Source: Elusimicrobiota bacterium (lineage in GTDB: Bacteria; Elusimicrobiota; Elusimicrobia; F11). From it: 64,000 nt of DNA. The DNA lies in assembly GCA_044221725.1 (NCBI GenBank), contig JBGAON010000002.1:481455-545454 (forward strand), given 5' to 3'. Every line of letters begins with the position of its first letter. The stretch's first letter is position 1. Positions 19,351 through 29,245 of this stretch are shown here, one piece after another. Both the position numbers and the translations under genes were made by a program. Below the pieces are notes generated by a model. The model saw only the letters and a list, made by a program, of their open reading frames with translations, was not told the DNA's origin and ran no database searches.

Positions 19351-21108
19351 ATGGGTGTTCGGTATCTCAACTCAGCTCGCAAACGACTCGGTGATTATCT
19401 CGTTGAACTGGGATTTATAACGGAGGAACAACTCGAGGTCGCTCTTCGCGAACAAAAAGACAAAGGCGGAAAACTTGGATCCATCCTGATTCAGCTCGGA
19501 ATTCTGTCGGAGGACATTTTACTGGCGATTCTTGGCAAGCAATCGGGCGTCTCCTACGTGTCACTGGAAGAGTACGGAGAGATTCCTGATGAAGCGATTC
19601 AAACCGTTCCAGAAACAATCGCGCGTAACCAGATGCTTGTTCCGATTAAGAAAGAGGGGAATCTGTTAACGATCGCCATTGCGGATCCACTGAACGTTTT
19701 TGCAACAGACGATCTCAAACTTTTAACCGGATGTGACATTCGCATGGTGGTCGCATCCGATAACGAGATCAAAGCTGCGCTTGAGAAGTACTATCAGAAA
19801 AGAAGGCCCAAAAAATCGGAAATGCCGATGCACGAGGAAGCCGCGGAAATGAATCTCGCGGAAGCATCGGGGGCCGCCGATATTGAGATTGTTCGCGAGT
19901 CGTTTGATGTTGAGGGGGATGGCGAGGGCGCGCCCGCCGTGAAAGTCGCGAATTTTATTTTGGCGGATTCCGTCCGGAAAGGGGCCAGCGATATCCACAT
20001 CGAACCGCTCGAAACGAAAATTGTGGTTCGATTCCGAATTGACGGCGTTCTGCAAGTTCAACCGTCACCACCGAAGAAAGTTCAGAGTTCACTTATCTCC
20101 CGTATAAAAATTATGGGCGACATGGATATTTCGGAGCGCCGCGTGCCCCAGGACGGCCGCACGAAGATTCAAGTTGAAGGTCGCATGCTTGATATCCGTA
20201 TTTCGACCATTCCCACCGTTTACGGCGAAAAAATCGTGATGCGATTACTCGATCCCCAAGGCTTGCAACTCGACCTGAGCCAGCTGGGATTTGATCAACG
20301 CGAGCTAACGGTTTTTAAAAGAAATATTCATGCGGCGAACGGAATGATTCTCGTAACGGGCCCAACCGGTTCTGGTAAAACCACGACGCTGTATTCGGCA
20401 TTGTCGATATTGAACGAACCCGACACAAACATCATCACGATTGAAGATCCAGTCGAATATATCTTGCCAGGAATTAATCAGGTACAAGCAAAGCCCGACA
20501 TTGGTCTCACGTTTGCGACCGGGCTGCGTGCTTTTTTGCGCCAAGATCCCGACGTCATCATGGTCGGTGAAATCCGTGACAAAGAAACCGGCGAAATTGC
20601 TGGCAATGCCGCTTTAACCGGCCACCTCGTGTTGGCCACGTTGCACACAAACGATGCCCCGAGCACGGTGGTACGCCTTTTGAACATGGGGGTCGAACCC
20701 GTTCTCATTTCAGCAACGTTGAGAATGGTCATTGCTCAGCGCTTGCTGCGACGTATTTGCAGCGGTTGCAAGGTCCCATACAAGATGAGCGGCGGGGAAT
20801 TGGCAGCACTTGGTGTACAGGTTTCCGTTGAAACGACAGCCGAAGTGACCGTTTATAAAGGGACCGGCTGCGACGTCTGTCACAAATCGGGTTACAAAGG
20901 ACGCGTCGGTGTTTATGAAGTGATGGAATTGAGCGATGAGATGAAGCAATTAATCGTTAGGAAAGCGTCGCCCTCTGAAATTCGTATGGCCGCGTCACGA
21001 ACGGGAGTTGAAACGCTTCGGGAAGTGGCCGTTAAAAAAATGTTGGCTGGACTTACGACCTTGGACGAAGTCGTTCGCGTGACGGTAGCGGACAATAACG
21101 CGGAGTGA
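19351..21108 (+). CDS. pilB: Type IV pilus assembly ATPase PilB (GspE family with N-terminal MshEN domain)
   Basis: 585 aa. The N-terminus carries two 24-residue MshEN motifs: RLGDYLVELGFITEEQLEVALREQ and KLGSILIQLGILSEDILLAILGKQ. Then GspE N2 and ATPase domains with Walker A GPTGSGKTT and a tetracysteine Zn motif (CSGC...CDVC). Confidence 0.93.
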   Translation: MGVRYLNSARKRLGDYLVELGFITEEQLEVALREQKDKGGKLGSILIQLGILSEDILLAILGKQSGVSYVSLEEYGEIPDEAIQTVPETIARNQMLVPIKKEGNLLTIAIADPLNVFATDDLKLLTGCDIRMVVASDNEIKAALEKYYQKRRPKKSEMPMHEEAAEMNLAEASGAADIEIVRESFDVEGDGEGAPAVKVANFILADSVRKGASDIHIEPLETKIVVRFRIDGVLQVQPSPPKKVQSSLISRIKIMGDMDISERRVPQDGRTKIQVEGRMLDIRISTIPTVYGEKIVMRLLDPQGLQLDLSQLGFDQRELTVFKRNIHAANGMILVTGPTGSGKTTTLYSALSILNEPDTNIITIEDPVEYILPGINQVQAKPDIGLTFATGLRAFLRQDPDVIMVGEIRDKETGEIAGNAALTGHLVLATLHTNDAPSTVVRLLNMGVEPVLISATLRMVIAQRLLRRICSGCKVPYKMSGGELAALGVQVSVETTAEVTVYKGTGCDVCHKSGYKGRVGVYEVMELSDEMKQLIVRKASPSEIRMAASRTGVETLREVAVKKMLAGLTTLDEVVRVTVADNNAE

Positions 21109-21111
21109 TCA

Positions 21112-22197
21112 ATGATTAATATGAGCGATCTTCTATTAATGATGGTGCAGAAACGCGCATCGGATCTTCACCTCACCTCGGGCACCTCACCAATGCTGCG
21201 CATCGATGGACAAGTGACGGCAACGCCGTTCGAAAAATTAACGCCGGATATTTGTCAGCGTTTAATTTACTCGTTGCTTACCGATCAACAACGGCAAGTT
21301 TTCGAAGCAAAAAGCGAACTTGATCTTTCCTTCGGCATCAAGGGCGTGGGGCGCGTAAGAATGAATGTATTTCGCCAACGTGGCAGCGTCGGGGCTGCGT
21401 TGCGGTCGATCCCATCGACGTTTATGACGTTTGAAGAACTCGGAATGTCGGATATTGTTTATGAAGTGGTCGGACGTCCCCGCGGGCTTGTGCTTGTGAC
21501 AGGGCCCACCGGATCGGGAAAATCGACCACGCTTGCTTCAATGATTGATTACCTTAATGAAAACCGATCAGGACACATAATCACAATAGAAGACCCGATC
21601 GAATATATTCACCATCATAAAAAGTGCATCATCAACCAACGCGAAATCGGACAAGACACAACAAGTTTTCCTTCGGCTTTAAAATACGTGCTTCGCCAAG
21701 ATCCCGACATCATCCTTATCGGCGAAATGCGAGACCTCGAAACGATTCAAGCAGCGATCACAATTGCGGAAACGGGTCACTTGGTGTTCGCCACGCTGCA
21801 CACAAACGATGCAAAGTCGACCATCAACCGCATCATTGATGTTTTTCCAGCACATCAGCAAAATCAGGTCCGTAACCAACTATCACTGGTTCTTAAGGCT
21901 GTATTCACACAGTCGCTTATTCCTCACGCGAATGGGACCGGGCGCGTTCTCTGCTGCGAGATTTTGATCGTTACTTCCGCCATCGAAAATCTTATCCGCG
22001 AAGGGAAAGTTGAACAGATTCCGATGCTCATGCAAACCGGTGGAAAATTTGGCATGCAAACCTTCAATCAAGCACTTGCCGATCTCGTCGCGAAACGAAA
22101 GATTTCTCAAAAACAAGCCGTGGAACACTCGTCGGACCCGGAAGAACTGATCAAATTGATTAACCAACGCACCGGCGCAGGTGCGACGAGAAGTTAG
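21112..22197 (+). CDS. pilT: Twitching motility retraction ATPase PilT
   Basis: 361 aa PilT/PilU-type hexameric ATPase with Walker A GPTGSGKST and the motif AHLVFATLHTNDA. Confidence 0.92.
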   Translation: MINMSDLLLMMVQKRASDLHLTSGTSPMLRIDGQVTATPFEKLTPDICQRLIYSLLTDQQRQVFEAKSELDLSFGIKGVGRVRMNVFRQRGSVGAALRSIPSTFMTFEELGMSDIVYEVVGRPRGLVLVTGPTGSGKSTTLASMIDYLNENRSGHIITIEDPIEYIHHHKKCIINQREIGQDTTSFPSALKYVLRQDPDIILIGEMRDLETIQAAITIAETGHLVFATLHTNDAKSTINRIIDVFPAHQQNQVRNQLSLVLKAVFTQSLIPHANGTGRVLCCEILIVTSAIENLIREGKVEQIPMLMQTGGKFGMQTFNQALADLVAKRKISQKQAVEHSSDPEELIKLINQRTGAGATRS

Positions 22198-22205
22198 GAG
22201 GATCT

Positions 22206-23429
22206 ATGCCAGCTTTTGCATACAAAGCGAAGATGCTTACGGGGGGAATGACCGAAGGGCTCATTGAAGCGTCCGACCAAAAAGCTGCGGTCGATCAACT
22301 TCGTGCACAAAAGCTCGTACCACTCGAAATCAACGAATCCGCGCCACCATTGTTTGAAAAAATCATGGCGTTTTTGCCGTTCAAGCCGACCGTTAAAGCA
22401 AAAGAACTTGTGCTTTTTTCTCGTCAACTTTCCACATTGGTGTCGGCCGGTGTCCCGCTCGTGCAGGGTCTCTCCATTCTTGAAGAACAAGTTGAAAGCA
22501 AGCTTTTCAAAAGCATCGTTCACCAAATAAAGGATGACATTGAAGCCGGGCAGTCCATTACGGACGCGCTTCGTAAACACCCCAACGCTTTTGAAGAACT
22601 TTATGTTTCAATGATCAAGGCCGGCGAAGTCGGCGGTATTCTCGATATTATTCTCGAACGTCTCTCGGCTTACTTGGAAGCAGCTGAAAATTTGAAAGGG
22701 AAAGTCAAAGGCGCGATGATGTATCCCTTGGTTGTCAGTATCATTGCAACGGCCGTCACGCTCTTCTTGTTGATGGGCGTAATCCCAACATTTTCATCCA
22801 TCTTCGCGGGATTTGGCGCGGAGCTGCCGTGGATCACTCAGCTCCTTATTAATGTGTCGTTTGGTTTGCGGCGCTTTTGGTTCTTGGTATTGGGCGCGCC
22901 CGTTATCGGGTTTGTTGTTTTGAAACAATACGCAAAGACGGAAATCGGACGTCGCAATCTCGACTCGGTTATGTTGAAACTCCCCATTTTCGGTGTACTG
23001 CTAAAGAAAGTTGCTGTTGCAAAATTTACACGCACGCTGGGCACCTTAATTAAATCTGGTGTTCCCATTCTGTCCGCTCTGGAAACGGTTGCAAAGACGT
23101 CCGGCAATCGTGTGATTGAAATCGCTATCATGACCGCTCGCGAATCCGTCAAGGAGGGCGAACGCATCGCCATCCAATTAAAAAAGGCCAATATTTTTCC
23201 GCCCATGGTTATCCAGATGGTCGCGATTGGAGAAGAAACTGGTAATCTCGATACCATGCTTGCCAAAATTGCCGACTTCTACGACCAAGAAGTTGACACC
23301 GCCGTTAAAGCCCTCACTTCCATGATTGAACCGATCATCATCGTGGTTATGGGCGTCGTGATTGGATTCATTGTTATCGCGATGTTCTTGCCAATGTTCG
23401 AACTCGGAAGTTTGGCGGGCCGCGGCTAA
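22206..23429 (+). CDS. pilC: Type IV pilus platform protein PilC (GspF family)
   Basis: 407 aa with duplicated GspF domains and three or four TM helices. Confidence 0.92.
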   Translation: MPAFAYKAKMLTGGMTEGLIEASDQKAAVDQLRAQKLVPLEINESAPPLFEKIMAFLPFKPTVKAKELVLFSRQLSTLVSAGVPLVQGLSILEEQVESKLFKSIVHQIKDDIEAGQSITDALRKHPNAFEELYVSMIKAGEVGGILDIILERLSAYLEAAENLKGKVKGAMMYPLVVSIIATAVTLFLLMGVIPTFSSIFAGFGAELPWITQLLINVSFGLRRFWFLVLGAPVIGFVVLKQYAKTEIGRRNLDSVMLKLPIFGVLLKKVAVAKFTRTLGTLIKSGVPILSALETVAKTSGNRVIEIAIMTARESVKEGERIAIQLKKANIFPPMVIQMVAIGEETGNLDTMLAKIADFYDQEVDTAVKALTSMIEPIIIVVMGVVIGFIVIAMFLPMFELGSLAGRG

Positions 23430-23453
23430 CAGCGCTTCATTCGTTTAAACCGA

Positions 23454-25454
23454 ATGCGGCCCGCTCCTTCGTCTCTGCTGTTAGCGCTGTATGCTGCCGT
23501 ATTGACGACAATTATTCCTAGTTATTTTCTTGCCTATCCAATTCCGGATTTCCTAGCAAAAATCTCGTCGCTTCTTGGCGGAGTGCTCATATTTGTGCAA
23601 GCGCTTTGCTTGGGTCGCTTAATCCTGACGCGATTTGTGCCAGCGTCCCAACTTCAAGACAAAAGTAATGCGTTTCGATTGGTCTGTTCGGTATGGCTTG
23701 GAGTAGGCACAATGGGATTCGCCATTCTCATTCTCGGGTGGGCTATTCCGGGCGTGCTCACACCGAAGCTACTGCTCTTTAATATTGTCCTCACAATTCT
23801 AGTTTTGGTCCAAGCAAAGTCATTGCTAACCGGTTCATGCCGCCTGTTGCCAATGGAAATCGGTCTCGCATGGAAAGAAATTGTCATCTGCGGAATCATC
23901 GGTTGTGGATTGCTCGTCACGTTTGTTACGTGTTTCTCTCCGGTTACCTATTACGATTCCCTCGTGTACCATCTTGCCCTGCCGGGACTGTACGATCGGA
24001 TGGGAAGGGTCCAAATGATTCCGTCAAATCTTTATTCTTTTTTCCCGGCGTCCATTGAAATGATTTTCTTGTATGGCATAAATCAATTCCCAAATCCGGA
24101 GTACGTTATCAATGTATGGCAATGGCTCGTCACAGGCGCCTTAAGTATCGCGGTCGCCGAATGGACCTTTGAGCTTTGCGGAAAGAGGGCAGCGATAATT
24201 TCACTCGTTCTCTGGTGGACAATGCCCGCCGTGCTTTTGCTTACCACCGGAGCGTACGTCGATCTGCCGCTCGGCGGGTTCGTTTTCCTTAGCATGCGGT
24301 GTTTTCAATTTGGTCGCAATGAAAGCAACGCCAAATGGCTTGTTTTAAGTGGGCTCTTTTCCGGATTCGCAATGGCAACCAAATACACCGGCGCTGTTTG
24401 TCCAATTATTCTTACGTCCGTTTTGCTTTTCGATTTCGTTCGGTTCAAGAGAATTTCGATGCGCTTGGTGTGTTTGTTTGTCTTTTCAGCCGCTGTTCCT
24501 ATTGTGCCGTGGCTTGTCAAAAATTGGATGGCGATTGGAAACCCGGTTTTTCCTTTTCTTTACAAATGGCTCGGAGGCGCCGACGGTTGGACGGCCGAAA
24601 ACGCTGCAGGATATTTTCGGCAACTGACGGACTACGAAATGAAAAGCAGACTTTTTTTTGAATTGGCGCGTGCCCCTTGGAGTCTTGCCACGTCCGCAAC
24701 ACGGTTCGGCGGCGGATTTGACGTGCTCGGAGATTTCGGTTGGCCCTTGATCCTATTTTCCGCGCCGCTCGCCATTTTCTTATCTTATCGAACCGCGTCA
24801 GTGCGGTTTTTGACTCTGTTCAGTTTGATTCAATTTTTCATTTGGTTCTGCACCAAGCCGGTGTTCCGATTTCTTGTTCCATCTCTGCCCGTGGCGATTT
24901 TGTTAAGTGCAATTGCGATTAATCGGTTGACGAGCGACCCGCGCGCGCCCGTTCGCATTATCAGCTATTCATTGATCGCTCCGTGGTTAATTTCAAACTT
25001 TTTCCTGTACTGGTTTATTGTCCAAGGACTTCAACCCTTCTCGGTTTCGCTTGGCTACGAAACTCGAAACGAATATCTTTCTCGGCGTTTAAATTTTTAT
25101 CCCGTATTTGAACGCCTAAATTTAATGGATTCCCAAGAGAAGGTGTTTGTATTGGGGGAACAAAGAACCTTCCATTTATCGGTGCCGTTTGTTGCATCGA
25201 ATCTGTTTTCCGTTTCTCCTCTATCGTCGGTCAGCAACCGGGCACGGACCGATGAAGAAATCCTTAAATTTCTCGATTTGAACAAGATCTCATTCCTTCT
25301 TATTAATGAAGGGGAAATCGAGCGACTCGGAGGATACCGCAAATTTGGCTTTACAAATGAGGGCGAGCGCGCGCTGCGAGGGTTCGTTTCGCGTCACACC
25401 TCGCTAACTTTCGAGAATCGACGCGTTAATTTGTATCGAATCAACAACTATTGA
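23454..25454 (+). CDS. Large polytopic membrane protein, candidate GT-C-fold glycosyltransferase (ArnT/PMT-like) or O-oligosaccharyltransferase
   Basis: 666 aa with at least 12 predicted TM helices over about 500 aa, then a roughly 150-aa soluble C-terminal domain. There is an acidic loop motif after a TM helix ([12 protein letters not shown]), reminiscent of the DE/DD loop-1 motif of GT-C enzymes. It sits between pilC and pilA. The family assignment was made by eye only. Confidence 0.4.
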   Translation: MRPAPSSLLLALYAAVLTTIIPSYFLAYPIPDFLAKISSLLGGVLIFVQALCLGRLILTRFVPASQLQDKSNAFRLVCSVWLGVGTMGFAILILGWAIPGVLTPKLLLFNIVLTILVLVQAKSLLTGSCRLLPMEIGLAWKEIVICGIIGCGLLVTFVTCFSPVTYYDSLVYHLALPGLYDRMGRVQMIPSNLYSFFPASIEMIFLYGINQFPNPEYVINVWQWLVTGALSIAVAEWTFELCGKRAAIISLVLWWTMPAVLLLTTGAYVDLPLGGFVFLSMRCFQFGRNESNAKWLVLSGLFSGFAMATKYTGAVCPIILTSVLLFDFVRFKRISMRLVCLFVFSAAVPIVPWLVKNWMAIGNPVFPFLYKWLGGADGWTAENAAGYFRQLTDYEMKSRLFFELARAPWSLATSATRFGGGFDVLGDFGWPLILFSAPLAIFLSYRTASVRFLTLFSLIQFFIWFCTKPVFRFLVPSLPVAILLSAIAINRLTSDPRAPVRIISYSLIAPWLISNFFLYWFIVQGLQPFSVSLGYETRNEYLSRRLNFYPVFERLNLMDSQEKVFVLGEQRTFHLSVPFVASNLFSVSPLSSVSNRARTDEEILKFLDLNKISFLLINEGEIERLGGYRKFGFTNEGERALRGFVSRHTSLTFENRRVNLYRINNY

Positions 25455-25479
25455 CAGCAAATTTTCCAGACGTTATACT
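25451..25479 (+). promoter_or_regulatory. Near-consensus sigma70 promoter of the pilin gene (TTGACA, 17 nt spacer, TATACT)
   Basis: -35 TTGACA at 25451-25456, a 17-nt spacer, then -10 TATACT at 25474-25479. This lies about 60 nt upstream of the pilA ATG, which is preceded by an AAGGAGG Shine-Dalgarno at 25524-25530. Confidence 0.6.
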
Positions 25480-25540
25480 GAAGCCATTGCAAGTAAAGCG
25501 CTTTAACACGCGATTACTTACAAAAGGAGGTCGACGTAAA

Positions 25541-26008
25541 ATGAGGAAAATGCTTAAAACAAAAGGGTTCACGCTCATCGAACTTATGATCGTTGTCGCT
25601 ATCATAGGTATTCTGGCCGCTGTGGCCATTCCTAAGTTCGCTGATCTCGTGACCAAATCCAAAGAAGCGTCCGTAAAGGGAAACCTAGGGTCTGTACGTA
25701 GTGCCGTTAGCATCTACTACGGCGACCTTGAAGGTCAATATCCGGCGAATCTTGCCGACGGCCTTGGAACGGGTGGCCGATATATGCCGCTTGTGAACGG
25801 TGTCGCCAGTCTTGGGACGATGGAAATTCCAAAAACGAGCGTGGGGGCCCCGGGCCATCCTTGGGGGAACGTTATTAACACCGAGGTCAGAGCAGCCGGA
25901 GCAGGTTCAATTGACACATCTGCGTTTCTATACAACTCGAATGATGGTAACGTTATGGTTGACTGTAGTCATCTCGATACCCGCAGCAGTCCTTGGTCCT
26001 CGTATTAA
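25541..26008 (+). CDS. pilA: Type IVa major pilin (PilA-like)
   Basis: The ATG at 25541 follows an AAGGAGG RBS. The class III leader is MRKMLKTKG, cleaved before [22 protein letters not shown], giving Phe+1 and Glu+5. The mature protein is about 146 aa with a single Cys and a Ser-rich C-terminal tail (TRSSPWSSY). Confidence 0.9.
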   Translation: MRKMLKTKGFTLIELMIVVAIIGILAAVAIPKFADLVTKSKEASVKGNLGSVRSAVSIYYGDLEGQYPANLADGLGTGGRYMPLVNGVASLGTMEIPKTSVGAPGHPWGNVINTEVRAAGAGSIDTSAFLYNSNDGNVMVDCSHLDTRSSPWSSY

Positions 26009-26036
26009 GGTTACAAGCTATTAAGAATCAAAATGA

Positions 26037-26072
26037 GAGGCACCCTTCAGAAGAAGGGTGCCTCTTTTTTTT
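26037..26072 (+). terminator. Rho-independent terminator after pilA
   Basis: A perfect 12-bp stem (GAGGCACCCTTC / GAAGGGTGCCTC) with a 4-nt loop is followed by a T9 run, directly after the pilA stop. Confidence 0.85.
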
Positions 26073-26888
26073 ACATTGATTTATTTCATTCTGTTTCTGT
26101 TCGGGCTGGAGTTCGGCAGCTTCGCGAACGTTTGTATTTATCGCTGGCCTTTAAACATGTCGATTGCTTATCCCATTCGTTCCTATTGTCCTTGGTGCAC
26201 AAGCCAAATTTCCTGGTACCACAACATTCCTGTTGTTAGCTATATTTTTCTTAAAGGTCATTGCGCAAAATGCGGGTCCACAATCGCGATGCGGTATCCA
26301 ATCATCGAACTGTTAACGAGCGCGTTATGGACGGCGTTTGGATTTGTTGTCGTGAAATCTGGCCAGACCTTTCCGATTCCCTTTTTAGCCTCTCTACTCG
26401 CAACCCTATTCATTATTGTTGTAACGACGGCCACAGATATTGACTGGAAAATAATTCCCAACGAAGCAACGTTTTTTCTTTTGGTAATCGGAATCTTGTT
26501 TGCTCCATGGAATACGTTTCTTGGTGGAGACGCAATTTTTACGCGGATCATTCACGCCGTGGCGGGCGCGGCGGCCGCGTCAATTCCTATGTGGGGAGTT
26601 TCCATCATCGGAAAAAAAATTCTTGGTCGGGATGCGTTTGGTGGCGGTGACATCAAGTTGCTTGCGTCGTTTGGAAGCATTCTCGGTTGGCAAAGTGTTC
26701 TCGGTGTCTTGTTATTCGCTGCCATCCTCGGTGGCCTTATCGCGATCATCGGATTGCTCTCGCATCTTTTAAAGCGCAGAGAGTATATTCCGTTTGGCCC
26801 GTTTCTAAACATTGCGTGCACCGCCGAAATATTTTTTCGCTGTTCCGGGCATTCCCTCGTCGATATTGGAAGAGTTTTTTTCTTATGA
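26058..26888 (+). CDS. pilD: Prepilin peptidase PilD (A24 family)
   Basis: N-terminal TM helix, a CxxC...CxxC zinc motif (CPWC...CAKC) and a multi-TM A24 peptidase body. The start is GTG at 26058 inside the terminator stem, or alternatively TTG at 26076. Confidence 0.88.
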   Translation: MPLFFTLIYFILFLFGLEFGSFANVCIYRWPLNMSIAYPIRSYCPWCTSQISWYHNIPVVSYIFLKGHCAKCGSTIAMRYPIIELLTSALWTAFGFVVVKSGQTFPIPFLASLLATLFIIVVTTATDIDWKIIPNEATFFLLVIGILFAPWNTFLGGDAIFTRIIHAVAGAAAASIPMWGVSIIGKKILGRDAFGGGDIKLLASFGSILGWQSVLGVLLFAAILGGLIAIIGLLSHLLKRREYIPFGPFLNIACTAEIFFRCSGHSLVDIGRVFFL

Positions 26889-26911
26889 AAAGACAAAAAA
26901 AAGAAAATCCC

Positions 26912-26940
26912 TTGACATTAAATGGGTGTGAAAATAGACT
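26912..26940 (+). promoter_or_regulatory. Putative sigma70 promoter for pilMNOPQ (TTGACA, 17 nt spacer, TAGACT)
   Basis: -35 TTGACA at 26912-26917, a 17-nt spacer, then -10 TAGACT at 26935-26940, in the 94-nt pilD-pilM gap. Confidence 0.45.
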
Positions 26941-26982
26941 TCCTAGTGAAATAACGCATCGATTTCTTGCAGAAAAAAACGA

Positions 26983-28101
26983 ATGAAACTCGATATCAAG
27001 AACCTAAAATTGCCATCGCTTTCTTTCTTGCGTTCGAAAGATACGCTCGGAATCGATTTGGGTTCCACCTCGCTAAAGATCGTTCAGATATCCGACCGCC
27101 GACTTGTTCGCTGGGCTTACAAAGAGTTGGATTTAAAAGATGCGGGCCCCGATACACAAGCCGCCGACCGAATGGCCACGCTAACACAAATGCTGCAAAC
27201 GTTTTTTTCTGAAGAACGAAAAGCGCCGAAGGTCGGCGCCATCTCCGTCAGTGGCAATTCTGTTATCGTTAGATACGTGAAACTTCCGAAGCTCACCCGA
27301 GCCGAACTCGAAAAAACAATTCAGTTTGAAGCAGAGCCCTATATCCCATTTGCAATTCCAGAGGTAAACATGGGTTTTCACATTCTTGGCGATGTCGTCG
27401 AAGATGGCCAACCCAAAATGGAAACGGTTCTCGTGGCCGCGAAAAAGGAACTTATCGACCAGCGTTTAAACGTTTTAACTTCTGTCGGAGTGCGCCCGGT
27501 CATCGTGGATGTGGATGCGTTCGCCATGGAAAGCGCTTACGCCCTGAGTCAGGGAGGAATGCAATCCCAGGAAACAGCGTTGTTAATCAACATTGGCGCG
27601 AACGTGACCACCATGATTATCATGGAAAATGGGCTTTCGCGGGTTGTTCGAGACGTCTTCATCGCGGGCAATACGATAAACAAATCATTACAAAGAATTT
27701 TTGATTGTTCCTTCGAAGAAGCTGAGAAACTAAAACGCAAAGGACAAATTCTCGTCACGCCAGATGAAAAAGAAGCCACCTTGGCCCAAGATGACCAGGA
27801 TTCGCTGCAAATCTCAAACACGATCGTCACGGTGATGAAGGATCTCGTCTCGGAGATTCAGCGATCCCTCGATTTTTTCTTGTCCCAAAATCCTGATCGC
27901 CAAGTGAACCGTATCATGCTCTGCGGCGGCTCCTGTGCGATCAATGGCCTGGACCGGTATTTTTCCCAGGAATTGCGATTAAATGTCGAGCTTTTTGATC
28001 CGTTCGCGAGTCTCGTTGGATCGAACCTTCCGGATCCCAGTCTCAGGCCGGCATTTGCGATCGCGGTTGGACTCGCTTCACGAACAGAGGGTGACATTTG
28101 A
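26983..28101 (+). CDS. pilM: Type IV pilus assembly protein PilM (actin-like ATPase fold)
   Basis: 372 aa with PilM-type N-terminus LGIDLGSTSLKIVQI. Followed by pilN-pilO-pilP-pilQ. Confidence 0.9.
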   Translation: MKLDIKNLKLPSLSFLRSKDTLGIDLGSTSLKIVQISDRRLVRWAYKELDLKDAGPDTQAADRMATLTQMLQTFFSEERKAPKVGAISVSGNSVIVRYVKLPKLTRAELEKTIQFEAEPYIPFAIPEVNMGFHILGDVVEDGQPKMETVLVAAKKELIDQRLNVLTSVGVRPVIVDVDAFAMESAYALSQGGMQSQETALLINIGANVTTMIIMENGLSRVVRDVFIAGNTINKSLQRIFDCSFEEAEKLKRKGQILVTPDEKEATLAQDDQDSLQISNTIVTVMKDLVSEIQRSLDFFLSQNPDRQVNRIMLCGGSCAINGLDRYFSQELRLNVELFDPFASLVGSNLPDPSLRPAFAIAVGLASRTEGDI

Positions 28102-28682
28102 TCCTTATTAATTTATTACCACCGGAGTACGCGGCTGCCCAACAAAAAAAGGAACAACAGGTGGTTTTGGGATCGGTTTGCGGACTCGTTGTTTGCTTTT
28201 TACTTTTATTCTGGTTTGTAGAAGCGCGGAAAGCGGCAAGACTTGAGACCCAGATCACCGAGGCAGAAGCGGAACTCCGGAAGTACCAAGCGATTATTTC
28301 ACAGATCGAGTCGATTGAAACCAACAAAAAACAGCTGACAGCCAAACGCGATGTGATCCGAAATCTTAACCGCAGTCGTTTAATCTATCCGGTATTTTTT
28401 GAAGATCTGCTTCCGATTATTCCCTCTGACGTCTGGGTCACAAACGTTCAAATAAACGACCAGTCCGGTTCCATGAGGGTCTCGATGAATTCAAATGCGT
28501 TGTCCAACTTTGCGTTGGCGACGTGGCTCACCAATCTTCAACAGTCGACACACTTCAAGGACGTTGAATTGACCTCACCAATCTCCTATACGACTGCCGA
28601 CAATGGCAGCCAGACATTGAGTTTTTCAATCTCCTGCGCGTACCAACACCAGGGGCCCTTCCCGCTTCAGGAGTTCAACTAA
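28098..28682 (+). CDS. pilN: Type IV pilus assembly protein PilN
   Basis: 194 aa with the N-terminal motif INLLPPE, a single TM helix and a coiled coil. The start overlaps the pilM stop. Confidence 0.85.
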   Translation: MILINLLPPEYAAAQQKKEQQVVLGSVCGLVVCFLLLFWFVEARKAARLETQITEAEAELRKYQAIISQIESIETNKKQLTAKRDVIRNLNRSRLIYPVFFEDLLPIIPSDVWVTNVQINDQSGSMRVSMNSNALSNFALATWLTNLQQSTHFKDVELTSPISYTTADNGSQTLSFSISCAYQHQGPFPLQEFN

Positions 28683-29245
28683 TGGGAAAGCTTTCTAAAC
28701 AACAGCAACAAATGATCGTGGCCGGTCTTTTGTTTCTCGTGGGTGGCGGATACATTTATTGGAATTACATGCTGAAACCCACTCTTGAAAATATTCGGAC
28801 TCGCGAAGCAAAATATCAGGACTTGCTTGCAAAAATAGATTCGGCCGAGCGACAGGCGCGACGGTTGCCAGCGCTTCAAAATGAATTGGCCAGCCTCCAA
28901 TTGGAATTGGCTTCGCTCGAGAAACAGCTCCCGAAGGACAAAGATCTTCCAAATATCATCCGTACGCTTACCCGAGAAGCCATTCAAGAGAATTTGCAAT
29001 TCGTTCAACTCGATCCTCAAAAGCCATCCAAGCAGCAATATTTTGAGATTCTTCCGTTCAACGTTAAATTTTCGGGTACGCTTCACGCGCTCGCGAGGTT
29101 TTTGGCTTCTCTCGGGCAGCAAGACCGAATTTTCCAAGCTCAAAATGTAATGCTGGTTCCGGGGGGGAACCAATCGGACTCTTCTCAAGGAATCGTTTCT
29201 TTGAGTATCTCATTAACCATTCAAACGTATGCGTATGCTGGATAA
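28682..29245 (+). CDS. pilO: Type IV pilus assembly protein PilO
   Basis: 187 aa with an N-terminal TM helix, a coiled coil and a PilO-like periplasmic domain. Conserved operon position. Confidence 0.8.
   Translation: MGKLSKQQQQMIVAGLLFLVGGGYIYWNYMLKPTLENIRTREAKYQDLLAKIDSAERQARRLPALQNELASLQLELASLEKQLPKDKDLPNIIRTLTREAIQENLQFVQLDPQKPSKQQYFEILPFNVKFSGTLHALARFLASLGQQDRIFQAQNVMLVPGGNQSDSSQGIVSLSISLTIQTYAYAG

Noticed and set aside
23438-23456. A 6-bp hairpin (CATTCG tttaaac CGAATG) that contains the ATG of the 666-aa membrane protein.
   Set aside because: Short, AT-rich and of marginal stability. It could modestly damp translation, but the signal is too weak to call regulatory.
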